Assembly: GCF_000175255.2 (NCBI RefSeq)
Contig: NC_017262.1
Location: 450,001-482,000 of the forward strand
Direction: 5' to 3'
Length of the DNA stretch: 32,000 nucleotides
DNA from: Zymomonas mobilis subsp. mobilis ATCC 10988
GTDB lineage: Bacteria > Pseudomonadota > Alphaproteobacteria > Sphingomonadales > Sphingomonadaceae
In this document: piece by piece, positions 1 through 9,540 of the stretch
Layout: every line of letters begins with the position of its first letter
Numbering within the stretch: the first letter of the stretch is position 1
Made by a program: the position numbers and the translations under genes
The notes under the pieces: model-generated
The model's database searches: none
Told to the model about the DNA's origin: nothing
Seen by the model: the letters and a program-made list of their open reading frames with translations, nothing else

Positions 1-53
1 CAACAAGGCAAGCCTGAAATTAATTGTCCAAGAAAAAACTGCAGTAAGAATTA

Positions 54-130
<77 letters not shown>

Positions 131-227
131 AAAGCAGTGCAAGAGCCTTTAGCAAAGCCAGTCAGTGACGACTAGCCCTTATCTTGTTTTTAATGATAAT
201 TTTTTTTGATCACTGCATATGACAGAC

Positions 228-257
228 AAAAAAAGGTAGATCACTTCTACTTTTTTT
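228..257 (-). terminator. Intrinsic terminator, possibly bidirectional, after opgH
   Basis: AAAAAAAGGTAGA-TCACT-TCTACTTTTTTT: stem GTAGA/TCTAC with A/T-tract arms; the minus-strand reading ends in CCTTTTTTT. Confidence 0.65.
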
Positions 258-290
258 GCCTATCTTGCGGTTAAAAAATTTCATTATCGA

Positions 291-2249
291 CTATACCGGA
301 TTTTCTACCGGAAAAGACCCTGCCCCCGACTGCTTTTTGGCATTGGAATAAGCCTGTGGCGGCATATTAGAAGCGGCTTTAATTGTCGCATGAACGATAC
401 CGCTTTCTTTCTGGGATTCCAATGTACCATCCTGTCGATGCTCTTCCGGCGTCACAAAGATTCCGATTGAAGCCAAAGCTTTTCCCATGGAAGAATAAGA
501 AGTTACATAGGCCGTCACTGGAGCCAATACCAAACCCAACGCGACCATTAACAGCCATGTCAAAGCCCCGCCGCCGATAAAAGCCAATAAAGTAAAGACA
601 AGACCCACCACAACATGAGGACGATAATAATGGAAAGCTTCTGAAAAGCTTATGCCATCAACGTCTCGTCTTTGCGTGTTCCATCCGCTGGGTCGGCCAC
701 GCAGAATGTCAATGAAAGTTAAAGTCTGGGTCACCATCAGGATGGGAGCAATAAAGGCAGATAAAGGTATTTCAATAACGACACTTGCCAAAATACCGCT
801 CAAACCACCCAAGGTTTTCGCCCGTCTTTTGTCCATCAACGCCCATATAACCGCCAAAATTTTAGCACCAAACAGACAGATAATCGTCAGGACAAGGAGC
901 CATGTTGATGGAGGTAAGCTAAGATTAGCGCTTCCCCGTCCAAAATGATGCATAAGGGTCGCGAGCAAGAGGAAAAGCCATAAAGTCGAAGTCGTATAAG
1001 AGGTAACACCAATCAATAGCTGCAAGCGATTAATCCAATGTAATCCTTTAATATCCAACAAGCGTACATGCTGTAAATTGCCTTGGCACCAACGGCGGTC
1101 TCGAATAGCGCTATCGACTAATGTCGGAGGATATTCTTCATAGCTGCCTTCTGCCATAATTGTATGCACGGCCCAACCATTCCGCCGTAGCAATGTCGCT
1201 TCCAGAACGTCATGACTCATAATATTACCGCCAAAAGGTTCTTTACCGGAAAGCTTTGGCAAGCCACAGCTTTCTGCAAAAGCCTTCACGCGAATAATAG
1301 CGTTATGTCCCCAAAAACTGGCTTCCGATCCAGACCACCAGACCAATCCAGCACTCGCCAGAGGGCCATATAGCCTTGCAGAAAATTGCTGCCATCTAGC
1401 AAAAAAGGTCTGCCCATTCACAGGCATAGGAACCGTCTGTAACAGAGCGACCCCTTTGTCTCTATCCATGCTAGCAGCCATACGGGCGATTGTTTCACCC
1501 GACATCAGACTATCGGCATCCAATACCAGCATATAATCGTATCCGCTGCCGAAATGATGAATCCAGTCAGAAATATTACCTGGTTTTCGGGCGATATTCT
1601 TTTCGCGACGGCGATACCATACCGGAATTTTTATTTCATCTTTCAGCTTCTGATAGGCTGCGAATTCAGTCAATTCGTTGACTATTTTTGAATCGCTTAA
1701 AATAAAAAATTCAAAATTTTGACTATATCCAGTCTCTACCAGCGATTGCGCCATCACCTTCAGGCGCAAATAAACCATATCAACATCTTCATTATAGATG
1801 GGCATCAATATGGCCGTTTTACCGCGCGGAGCAACTGAAGCTGGCGGCATTTGATAATCGGAAGAGGCTTTGCCTCGTATCAATTGGGTAAAACCAATCA
1901 AAGATCCTAGAAAACCAAAAACCAGCCATGTAAATAAAGGAGAAAAGAGAATGAATATCAGAAATTCACTCAGACTTATGCCTTGCACCGATTCGGCAAT
2001 GAAAAGATCAGCGGCGGCGGCAATAGAAATGATCAGCGTCGCACCAAATAACAAAGCCCGACGATTGCCAATAACCGAAGGAGAGGTTCTGATTTTCGAT
2101 TTGACGGCGTCTACTTTACTCCATGACTGAATCGGCATTTCAATGGGAGCCAAAGGCGGCAAGCAAGATAAAGCCTCTGCCCCATAAGGAGCGTCACCTG
2201 TCTGTGCCTGTTCAGGATTATTCATTTTTACGCCTTTTTCGAAACCCAT
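291..2249 (-). CDS. opgH: Glucans biosynthesis glucosyltransferase H (OpgH/MdoH); start may be 2225 (MNNPEQ...)
   Basis: 652 aa ORF with GT2 motifs (LDADSLMSG, RRWCQGNLQH), TAILMPIYNED and multiple TM segments; AAGG upstream of the internal ATG at 2225. Confidence 0.93.
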   Translation of the reverse strand: MGFEKGVKMNNPEQAQTGDAPYGAEALSCLPPLAPIEMPIQSWSKVDAVKSKIRTSPSVIGNRRALLFGATLIISIAAAADLFIAESVQGISLSEFLIFILFSPLFTWLVFGFLGSLIGFTQLIRGKASSDYQMPPASVAPRGKTAILMPIYNEDVDMVYLRLKVMAQSLVETGYSQNFEFFILSDSKIVNELTEFAAYQKLKDEIKIPVWYRRREKNIARKPGNISDWIHHFGSGYDYMLVLDADSLMSGETIARMAASMDRDKGVALLQTVPMPVNGQTFFARWQQFSARLYGPLASAGLVWWSGSEASFWGHNAIIRVKAFAESCGLPKLSGKEPFGGNIMSHDVLEATLLRRNGWAVHTIMAEGSYEEYPPTLVDSAIRDRRWCQGNLQHVRLLDIKGLHWINRLQLLIGVTSYTTSTLWLFLLLATLMHHFGRGSANLSLPPSTWLLVLTIICLFGAKILAVIWALMDKRRAKTLGGLSGILASVVIEIPLSAFIAPILMVTQTLTFIDILRGRPSGWNTQRRDVDGISFSEAFHYYRPHVVVGLVFTLLAFIGGGALTWLLMVALGLVLAPVTAYVTSYSSMGKALASIGIFVTPEEHRQDGTLESQKESGIVHATIKAASNMPPQAYSNAKKQSGAGSFPVENPV

Positions 2250-2365
2250 ATCATCATTCTTCTCTGCCCATGCAAATGACAGAGAAGAATTGTTATTTTA
2301 TTCTTGAAACCAGATTAAATGATAGCCGCATAAAGCGAGCTGTATTCAGCTTAATAGGGATAAAA

Positions 2366-3937
2366 CTATCCTATGGCATAGAGCCATGTTTCACTAATGG
2401 CGTTGTTGCCTTTTTTCAGATAGCCACGTAATTCCATTACTTGGTTGGCAACGGGTTTTACTTCAACTGTCGCTCTCCAGCGATTAGAGAAACCAGCCAC
2501 CGGCGCGGCTGAACTATAGATAATCTGTCCTTGATTGGCGGTTACAACGAACTCAACCCCTTCGCGTGGCAAATTGGCCAAGGCTGAACCCTCAAAATCA
2601 ACAACTATCTTTTCCAATCCTGGTTTTGACCAACGTTCATCCTGACCAACAGGATCATCGCTCGCCATCCCTGTCCGTGTATCGACGACATAAGAAGACG
2701 GTTTCGGTAACGGCTCGCTGTTCAGCCAAGTCAAACGATAAGATAAGTCATAACGATTACCGGCTTTCGCCTGTCCGGCAGGAACCCACATTGCCCCGAT
2801 ATTGTCATCTGTTTCGCCTTTTGTTGCCATTTCCAACAGATTAATAGCACCAGCGCCCCAATTATTCCGCGTTTCCAGCCATAAATTCGGGCGTTTTTCG
2901 TAAAAGAAGTTATCATCCTGATAATGATCAAAATTCCGGTCGCGTTGGATAAGACCCCACCCCTTCGGATTTACATCAGAAAAGCTACTGACGCGTGTTA
3001 CCTCGTGATTTTCTAAAGGTCGCCACAGTCTTTCGCCCTTCCCTGTCCACAAAGCCAGACCATCAGAGTCATGGACTTCAGGGCGCCAGTCTTTACCGCT
3101 ACGATGGTTATTTTCACCATACCAGAACATACTGGTCATGACACCGAAACCCAGACGCTCGACCGTTTTACGGAGCTTAACAGTGCAATCAATATCCTGA
3201 ACCACATGACCATTCTTTTGGTAAGTGGTCATCCGATAAACACCAACGACGCTTGGGCCTTCCAATAAAGCATAAATAATAATGCCATTATTGGGCGCTT
3301 CTTCTAGCCAAAAACGGGTAAAGACAGGGAATTCTTCAGGATGAGAAAGGCCAGTATCGATCGCCAGACCTCGGGCTGACAAACCATACTGATCCTGATC
3401 ACCCGCAGCCCTAAAATAGGATGCGCCCATGAAAGCCAACCAATCATGCATCCGGTCGGGATTCATAAAACGGAAACCACCAAAACCCATCTGATCTTTG
3501 GGTAATTTATGTAAAGGGCTATCCGTTGGCGCATTAAAAAGGTCATCAGAAAACAGCATTTCACGAGACTGACCGCTCTCGACGACATAGATTTTCAAAG
3601 GCACGGGTGCCGCTCGATTGACCGGAAAAAAGCGGGTCGCTCTTTCTGGGTCATTCGCCCACAAAGTTTTATCATCCCGCCAGCTGATTTTGACCATAGC
3701 ATTATAGTCAATCGCCATCACTTCAGGTGATGGCTTTGGCTGATTATAAGGATGGCGCGATAATTCCATGGCATAGGCTTGCAGCCCTTTCCATGAAAAA
3801 TTTTGGGCTTTGCCAAAGCGCAGATTGCTATCGACAGAAGACGCTGCAAAGAGTGAATTCCCCTTAAAACCGGCTCCTGCAACGGTAGCAATACCCAGAG
3901 CAACAAGCATCTGACGGCGGTTAAAAGAGGCATTCAT
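2366..3937 (-). CDS. opgD: Glucan biosynthesis protein D (OpgD/MdoG family) with Tat-type signal
   Basis: 523 aa ORF; N-terminus NRRQMLVALGIATVAGA is Tat-like; body contains OpgG/D family stretches (FRFMNPDRMHDWLAFMGASYFRAAG, GLSARGLAIDTG, FPVFTRFWLE). Confidence 0.92.
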   Translation of the reverse strand: MNASFNRRQMLVALGIATVAGAGFKGNSLFAASSVDSNLRFGKAQNFSWKGLQAYAMELSRHPYNQPKPSPEVMAIDYNAMVKISWRDDKTLWANDPERATRFFPVNRAAPVPLKIYVVESGQSREMLFSDDLFNAPTDSPLHKLPKDQMGFGGFRFMNPDRMHDWLAFMGASYFRAAGDQDQYGLSARGLAIDTGLSHPEEFPVFTRFWLEEAPNNGIIIYALLEGPSVVGVYRMTTYQKNGHVVQDIDCTVKLRKTVERLGFGVMTSMFWYGENNHRSGKDWRPEVHDSDGLALWTGKGERLWRPLENHEVTRVSSFSDVNPKGWGLIQRDRNFDHYQDDNFFYEKRPNLWLETRNNWGAGAINLLEMATKGETDDNIGAMWVPAGQAKAGNRYDLSYRLTWLNSEPLPKPSSYVVDTRTGMASDDPVGQDERWSKPGLEKIVVDFEGSALANLPREGVEFVVTANQGQIIYSSAAPVAGFSNRWRATVEVKPVANQVMELRGYLKKGNNAISETWLYAIG

Positions 3938-4231
3938 ATATTCTCTCCAAAATAATTTACGCTATTTTCTTGCTGTAACGCAGCTGCCCAAAGATTTGAA
4001 TATGGTATTCGAGACCTATTTTTCGATTATAGCCTCAAAATCGGGATGTATCTTTGAATTCTCAGGATTATGATTTCTCATTCATTCACCATAGGGGTGT
4101 AATCCTGTTGAAGATATCCGAAATAAGATAATTGGTATCGTAAAAGCGACTGATGACAAATTGTAAATTTTTTTTATAAAAACAAACTTGCTTAATAAAC
4201 CATAACTTACAAAACAGGATAGCAGAGTAAA

Positions 4232-7200
4232 ATGGACAAGATGGGGAAAATAGCGAAAAGATTCCGGCTAGGCGCAAGCTTGCTTTCTTTGTTGCTTCCT
4301 TCCCTTATCAACCACAACGCTATAGCTGCCGATAATTCAGACAAAATATTATCTCGTCCAGTAAAAGGTCGAGATATTACGGTCAGCCTTCCTGCCGAAA
4401 AAACCGTCAGAATTACATTCGACCGCTATTCGGCAATGATAGATAGCCGAAGATTTCTTATCTGGAGTGGAGAGTTTGATCCTTTCCGCTTGCCCAGCCC
4501 TTCTCTCTGGCAAGATATCTTTGAAAAGATGAAGGCGATTGGCTTCAATACGGTAACTATTCAGTTAGACTGGGCTTATCATTCTCCTGCTCCGGGTGTT
4601 TACGACTTTAATGGTATTCGCGATATTGATCGCCTACTCAGCATGGCAAAAGTCGCGGGATTATATGTTGTGGTTCGGATCGGGCCCTATGCTGACGCCG
4701 ATTTGTCTCGCGGTGGTTTCCCCGGATGGCTCACCCGTCAGAAAGTCGATGCCCGAAGTGACGATCCGGTTTATCTTGCGGCCGTTGACGAATGGCTAAC
4801 GCGAGTCAATGCGATTATCAGCCGCCATCAATATGACGGCGATAAAGGCAATGTCATTTTATATCAGGTGGAAGATCGTCTCGGCGATCCCAGCCCTGTC
4901 AAACAACGCTATATGGCACATTTATATGCCAAAGCCCGCCATGACGGCATCACGCTTCCTATTTTTCATAATGAAACTGGACCCGTTGGCGACTGGCTTT
5001 CTGTCGCCCGATCTGGCGAAGATGTCGCTAGCCTCATTGATCTCCACGGTTTCTCAATTAACACGACACGCTTTTGCGACACTCAAAATCAACCTTTACG
5101 GGAAGCTGCGCCTCCTGATCTCGGATATTATAATCTCGATAACAGCGCGAGTTTCTTAAAACGTCCGGCAACTAGCCTTATAACCATAGAAGATGGTAGC
5201 GCCGATTATTGGGGTAGCAACGAACAATATAATTGCCTCGCCAATAGTAATGACGAACGCCATGAAATGTTGATATTAGGAAACAATCTTATCAACGGCT
5301 TAACAAACCAAACGCTTCGAATGGTTTATGGCGGTATCAATTGGGGCTGGCTTGGACAGTCAGGCCGCATCACCTCTTTCGATTATGGCGCGCCGATCGA
5401 TGAAGCTCGTAACCTTAGACCTAAAGCCGATGGCCTAAAGCGATTGGGGCAATTTATCTCCACTTTTTCTGATATTACAAAAATGATGCCGGGTTCGGTT
5501 ATTGTCCCAACCTCCAGCCATATTCGAGTGCTGCATAACGTTAATCCCGACACCAATTCTCATCTTTTCTTTATCACGCATAAGCCTGCCAATAGTCTGC
5601 ATGATAGCAAATTCACCTTCTCTGTTGCTCTGCCCGATGGCACCTATACTCTTCCAGAAGAAGGCAATCTCGAGTTAAATGGCCATGACAGCAAATATCT
5701 AATCGCTGGTTTTAACCTCGGAAGAAACCGTCTGGTTTATTCGACCTCTCAATTTCAGACGATGATTACACAAGGGGAACATGATATTGCCCTTTTTAAT
5801 GGTCGTCAGGGGGAAGCCGGCGAAATCGTTCTAAGATATGAAACCAAACCTCGCGTAACTGTTATCGAAGGCGATGCCCGATATTTCTATGATCCGGCGC
5901 GGCATGATTTACGGTTAAATTATATTCATGGCGGCCTTACCCGCATAAAAATCGAAAATGGCGGCCCAGCCCCCCTTATTCTTTTAATCGGCGATGAAAA
6001 GGAATCCGCACGCTTTTCGCGTTTTTCGACTGATGCCGGAGATGTGCTTGTCTTTGGCCCTTCACTCGTTAGACAGGCTTCATCCACGGATCTCACTTTA
6101 TCGCTAAAAGGCGATACGGGTAGCCAAGAAACGCTAGAAGTCTGGGCTCCACCTGCTATCACAACGCTGGAATGGAACAGCCATCATGTTGCTTTCAGCC
6201 GGAATTTCCTAAATGGCAATTTCATAGCCAAGGATTTCCTGCCCGAACCTGAAAACTTTACTTTGCCAGATTTAATGACCTTAGACTGGCAGGCGGCAGA
6301 AGGCACACCAGAGGCACGTCCAAATTTTGATGACAGCCATTGGCAGAAAGCTGACGACACTGATGACAGTGCGATTATATCCCCCCCGGAAGGTCAGCCC
6401 AATCTGAATGCAGATTCCTATGGCTTCCATGATGGGGATATCTGGTATCGTGGCCATTTTGTCGGTGATCCGCAGGCAAAAAGCCTGACACTTCACTATG
6501 GCGCAGGCGGCAGTGGCTTTTTGCAATTATGGATGGATGGCCAGTTTCTGGGTGAAAATGAAATAGAAAATGGTCTGTCACAACCTTCAACCCGTGGCAG
6601 TTTTCGGATTAATTTACCCGAAAGTGCCCAGAAAGCAGGCGATCACGTATTTTCTGTTATGATCCGCCTGAACGGCCACCGCGAAGACAACGCCGATAAT
6701 AATATGCAAAGGGCACCATCAGGTCTGATTGCCGCGTCATTGTCTGATCCCTCTGGTGCCGCCTATGCTGTCCCGATTTCATGGCGAGTCCAAGGTAATC
6801 TTGGGGGCGAAAATCTACTTGATACCGATCGGGGGGCGCTTAATAACGGCGGCCAATTTGGGGAACGCTCCGGCTGGCATTTACCGGGCTATTCCGATTC
6901 CAATTGGTCATCGGCGGATATGACGCGCCTTTCTTCGACACCGGGAACAACATGGTATCGTAGCCATGTAAAATTAAACCTTCCCAAAGAGAATGACATT
7001 ACCCTTGGCCTAACCATCGGGGATGGCCATAAAATTCGCTCCAAAAGCCATTATCGAATGCTCATTTTTGTGAATGGCTGGAATATTGGACAATATATTG
7101 CGCATATCGGGCCTCAGACGGTTTTCTCTATTCCTGCGGGCATTATTGACTACAATGGCGACAACCTTCTTGCCTTGGCGGTTACATCAGACGGAACGGC

Positions 7201-7333
7201 TTTTGATAAAGAAAATACAGTGATGGAGCCTATTCACCTCACGGTATTACATAATGTCCGTGGAGGGGTGCCGATAGAAAAGATCGATGCAGCTAATTGG
7301 AAAGATATAAAGGAAGCCCAAGAGCAGCAATAA
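4232..7333 (+). CDS. Secreted glycoside hydrolase family 35 (beta-galactosidase-like) protein
   Basis: 1033 aa ORF with signal peptide, GH35 N-terminal domain (GFNTVTIQLDWAYHSPAPGVYDFNGIRDIDRLLSMAKVAGLYVVVRIGPYADADLSRGGFPGWL) and C-terminal jelly-roll-like regions. Confidence 0.85.
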   Translation: MDKMGKIAKRFRLGASLLSLLLPSLINHNAIAADNSDKILSRPVKGRDITVSLPAEKTVRITFDRYSAMIDSRRFLIWSGEFDPFRLPSPSLWQDIFEKMKAIGFNTVTIQLDWAYHSPAPGVYDFNGIRDIDRLLSMAKVAGLYVVVRIGPYADADLSRGGFPGWLTRQKVDARSDDPVYLAAVDEWLTRVNAIISRHQYDGDKGNVILYQVEDRLGDPSPVKQRYMAHLYAKARHDGITLPIFHNETGPVGDWLSVARSGEDVASLIDLHGFSINTTRFCDTQNQPLREAAPPDLGYYNLDNSASFLKRPATSLITIEDGSADYWGSNEQYNCLANSNDERHEMLILGNNLINGLTNQTLRMVYGGINWGWLGQSGRITSFDYGAPIDEARNLRPKADGLKRLGQFISTFSDITKMMPGSVIVPTSSHIRVLHNVNPDTNSHLFFITHKPANSLHDSKFTFSVALPDGTYTLPEEGNLELNGHDSKYLIAGFNLGRNRLVYSTSQFQTMITQGEHDIALFNGRQGEAGEIVLRYETKPRVTVIEGDARYFYDPARHDLRLNYIHGGLTRIKIENGGPAPLILLIGDEKESARFSRFSTDAGDVLVFGPSLVRQASSTDLTLSLKGDTGSQETLEVWAPPAITTLEWNSHHVAFSRNFLNGNFIAKDFLPEPENFTLPDLMTLDWQAAEGTPEARPNFDDSHWQKADDTDDSAIISPPEGQPNLNADSYGFHDGDIWYRGHFVGDPQAKSLTLHYGAGGSGFLQLWMDGQFLGENEIENGLSQPSTRGSFRINLPESAQKAGDHVFSVMIRLNGHREDNADNNMQRAPSGLIAASLSDPSGAAYAVPISWRVQGNLGGENLLDTDRGALNNGGQFGERSGWHLPGYSDSNWSSADMTRLSSTPGTTWYRSHVKLNLPKENDITLGLTIGDGHKIRSKSHYRMLIFVNGWNIGQYIAHIGPQTVFSIPAGIIDYNGDNLLALAVTSDGTAFDKENTVMEPIHLTVLHNVRGGVPIEKIDAANWKDIKEAQEQQ

Positions 7334-7343
7334 TCTATCAAAT

Positions 7344-7429
7344 CGGGGTATTTATTTCTGATACAGAAAATCTTTGAATAACTATTTCCTGTTTTTTCGC
7401 TTTCAGAAGGACAACTATACCCCGTTTTT
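7344..7429 (+). terminator. Candidate branched intrinsic terminator after the GH35 gene
   Basis: CGGGGTAT (7344-7351) pairs with ATACCCCG (7417-7424), followed by TTTTTC; nested TTTCTG/CAGAAA hairpin at 7355-7369. The long loop lowers confidence. Confidence 0.4.
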
Positions 7430-7468
7430 CTATAGACTTATTGTCATCGCTCTTTTATATATAAAGGC

Positions 7469-7519
7469 ATGTTTTCCCTGCCTCTTATAGCACGCGATCT
7501 ACGACTTACACGCCCTTAG
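7469..7519 (+). CDS. Candidate leader peptide MFSLPLIARDLRLTRP upstream of leuA
   Basis: Short ORF ATG TTT TCC CTG CCT CTT ATA GCA CGC GAT CTA CGA CTT ACA CGC CCT TAG with four Leu codons, ending inside a 7-bp perfect hairpin upstream of leuA. Confidence 0.5.
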   Translation: MFSLPLIARDLRLTRP

Positions 7520-7634
7520 GCGTGTTATTCGCTTTGCCCTTCTTGTTACAGCAAGGGTCAACGCCTAAGGGGTTACTTCATTAGAAAAAACAACGTTGTT
7601 GTTCTGGTGATCCAATCACCGGACAAGGCAGAAC
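7508..7634 (+). promoter_or_regulatory. Candidate leuA leader/attenuator RNA with alternative stems
   Basis: ACACGCC-CTTA-GGCGTGT (7508-7525) competes with the 11-bp pairing CCCTTAGGCGT (7513-7523)/ACGCCTAAGGG (7561-7571); further stem TCTGGTGA/TCACCGGA (7603-7623). Confidence 0.55.
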
Positions 7635-7652
7635 GAAGTTTTAGGGATAATC

Positions 7653-9353
7653 ATGTTACATAATCCGGCTACAAAATATCGTCCTTTCCCTGCCATCGAT
7701 TTACCCAATCGGCAGTGGCCTTCCCAAGTCATCAAAAAAGCCCCAATCTGGCTCTCTACTGATTTACGGGATGGTAATCAGGCTTTGGCCAACCCGATGG
7801 ACGGTGAAAAAAAGCGTCGTTTATTCGATTTGTTGGTTTCGATCGGCCTGAAAGAAATCGAAGTCGGCTTTCCTTCCGCCGGTGCCACTGAATTTGATTT
7901 TGTTCGTAGCTTAATTGAACAGAATGCCGTGCCAGAAGATGTCACTTTACAGGTTTTGACACAGGCACGTCAGGATTTAATCACCAAAAGTTTTGATAGC
8001 CTCGAAGGTATCCATCGCGCGATTATTCACGTATATAATGCCGTTTCTCCGGCATGGCGGCGGATTGTCTTCAATATGGAACGGCCAGAAATTAAAAAAC
8101 TGGCTATCGCAGGTGTAACCATGCTGCGGGACGAAGCTGAAAAACGCCCTGGCACGGATTGGCGCTTTGAATATAGCCCAGAAACCTTTTCGACTGCGGA
8201 ACTGGATTTCAGTCTGGAAGTCTGTGAAGCGGTTCTGGATGTCTTACAGCCAACACCGGAAAAGCCTTTGACCATCAATTTACCAGCAACGGTCGAAGCT
8301 GCCATGCCAAATATCTATGCTGATCAGGTTGAATGGTTCTGCCGCAATATCTCCAGACGTGATTCTATCATTGTCAGCGTGCATCCTCATAATGATCGTG
8401 GAACGGGTATCGCCGCGGCTGAAATGGCCTTGCTGGCTGGTGCTGACCGTGTCGAAGGTTGCCTGTTCGGTAATGGTGAAAGAACCGGCAATGTTGATTT
8501 GGTGACGCTGGCACTCAATCTCTATACACAGGCTATCAATCCAAATATTGATCTGTCTGACATTGATAAGGTCATCAAGACCGTTGAATATTGCACTGAA
8601 TTACCGGTTTCGCCGCGGCATCCTTATGCAGGCGATCTGGTCTTCACGGCTTTTTCCGGCTCTCATCAGGATGCCATCCGTAAAGGTTTCACCCAGCGCG
8701 CCGAAAGAAAGGCCAAGGAAGACGGTGAAATCATTTGGGATGTGCCTTATCTGCCCATCGACCCAGCTGATCTGGGACGCTCTTACGAGGCTGTCATACG
8801 GGTTAATTCCCAATCTGGAAAAGGGGGCGTGGCATGGGTCATCGAGCAAGATCAAGGCCTGAAAATGCCACGACGGATGCAGGTAGATTTCAGCCGTAAA
8901 GTTCAGGAACTGGCTGATTCTTCTTCAAAAGAGCTGGATTCTTCAGATATCTGGAATGCTTTTGTTGACTATTATCACCTCGACAATAGCGGCCACTTTC
9001 AGTTGGTTGATTTTCAAGTCAAGCAGGGTGACAATGGATATGCGATCATCGGCAAGATAAAAGCCGGAGATAACATTCATGAGGTTGAAGGCCACGGTAA
9101 CGGCTTAATCTCCAGCATTATTGACGCCCTGTCTTCTATTACGAATATCCGCTTAGAAGTCGTCGATTATCAAGAACACGCCATTAGCCACGGTAATACA
9201 GCGCAAGCGGCTGCCTATATTGAATGCAGCTTGCCGCAGGGTGGAACCGTCTTCGGTGTTGGTGTTGACGACGATATCGCTACTGCTTCGGTTCGGGCTG
9301 TCTTAAGTGCGGTTAATCGTGCTTATGCCGTCGATCCGAAAAGCGTCGGCTAA
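7653..9353 (+). CDS. leuA: 2-isopropylmalate synthase
   Basis: 566 aa ORF with KAPIWLSTDLRDGNQAL, SVHPHNDRGTG and the C-terminal LeuA regulatory domain; RBS AGGG upstream. Confidence 0.97.
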   Translation: MLHNPATKYRPFPAIDLPNRQWPSQVIKKAPIWLSTDLRDGNQALANPMDGEKKRRLFDLLVSIGLKEIEVGFPSAGATEFDFVRSLIEQNAVPEDVTLQVLTQARQDLITKSFDSLEGIHRAIIHVYNAVSPAWRRIVFNMERPEIKKLAIAGVTMLRDEAEKRPGTDWRFEYSPETFSTAELDFSLEVCEAVLDVLQPTPEKPLTINLPATVEAAMPNIYADQVEWFCRNISRRDSIIVSVHPHNDRGTGIAAAEMALLAGADRVEGCLFGNGERTGNVDLVTLALNLYTQAINPNIDLSDIDKVIKTVEYCTELPVSPRHPYAGDLVFTAFSGSHQDAIRKGFTQRAERKAKEDGEIIWDVPYLPIDPADLGRSYEAVIRVNSQSGKGGVAWVIEQDQGLKMPRRMQVDFSRKVQELADSSSKELDSSDIWNAFVDYYHLDNSGHFQLVDFQVKQGDNGYAIIGKIKAGDNIHEVEGHGNGLISSIIDALSSITNIRLEVVDYQEHAISHGNTAQAAAYIECSLPQGGTVFGVGVDDDIATASVRAVLSAVNRAYAVDPKSVG

Positions 9354-9377
9354 TATTTAAAAATAAATCTTATTTGA

Positions 9378-9415
9378 ATGGCTCCTCTTTTATAAAAAGC
9401 AGGAGCCATTTTTTT
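9378..9415 (+). terminator. Rho-independent terminator after leuA
   Basis: Perfect 9-bp stem ATGGCTCCT/AGGAGCCAT followed by a T-tract. Confidence 0.85.
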
Positions 9416-9500
9416 AAACCTCATCTCATCCCCGCAATATTCACATTTTGTAACATTTCATTCTTTTGTTCATCGTATATTCATGAACATTTCGCTCTTA

Positions 9501-9523
9501 GAAATGTTATGTTATCACATAAC
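9501..9523. promoter_or_regulatory. Zur-box-like palindrome upstream of the TonB receptor
   Basis: GAAATGTTATGTTATCACATAAC compared with the classical Zur consensus GAAATGTTATANTATAACATTTC, with inner repeat GTTATG/CATAAC. Confidence 0.45.
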
Positions 9524-9540
9524 TATTCTACAGGGGGAAA

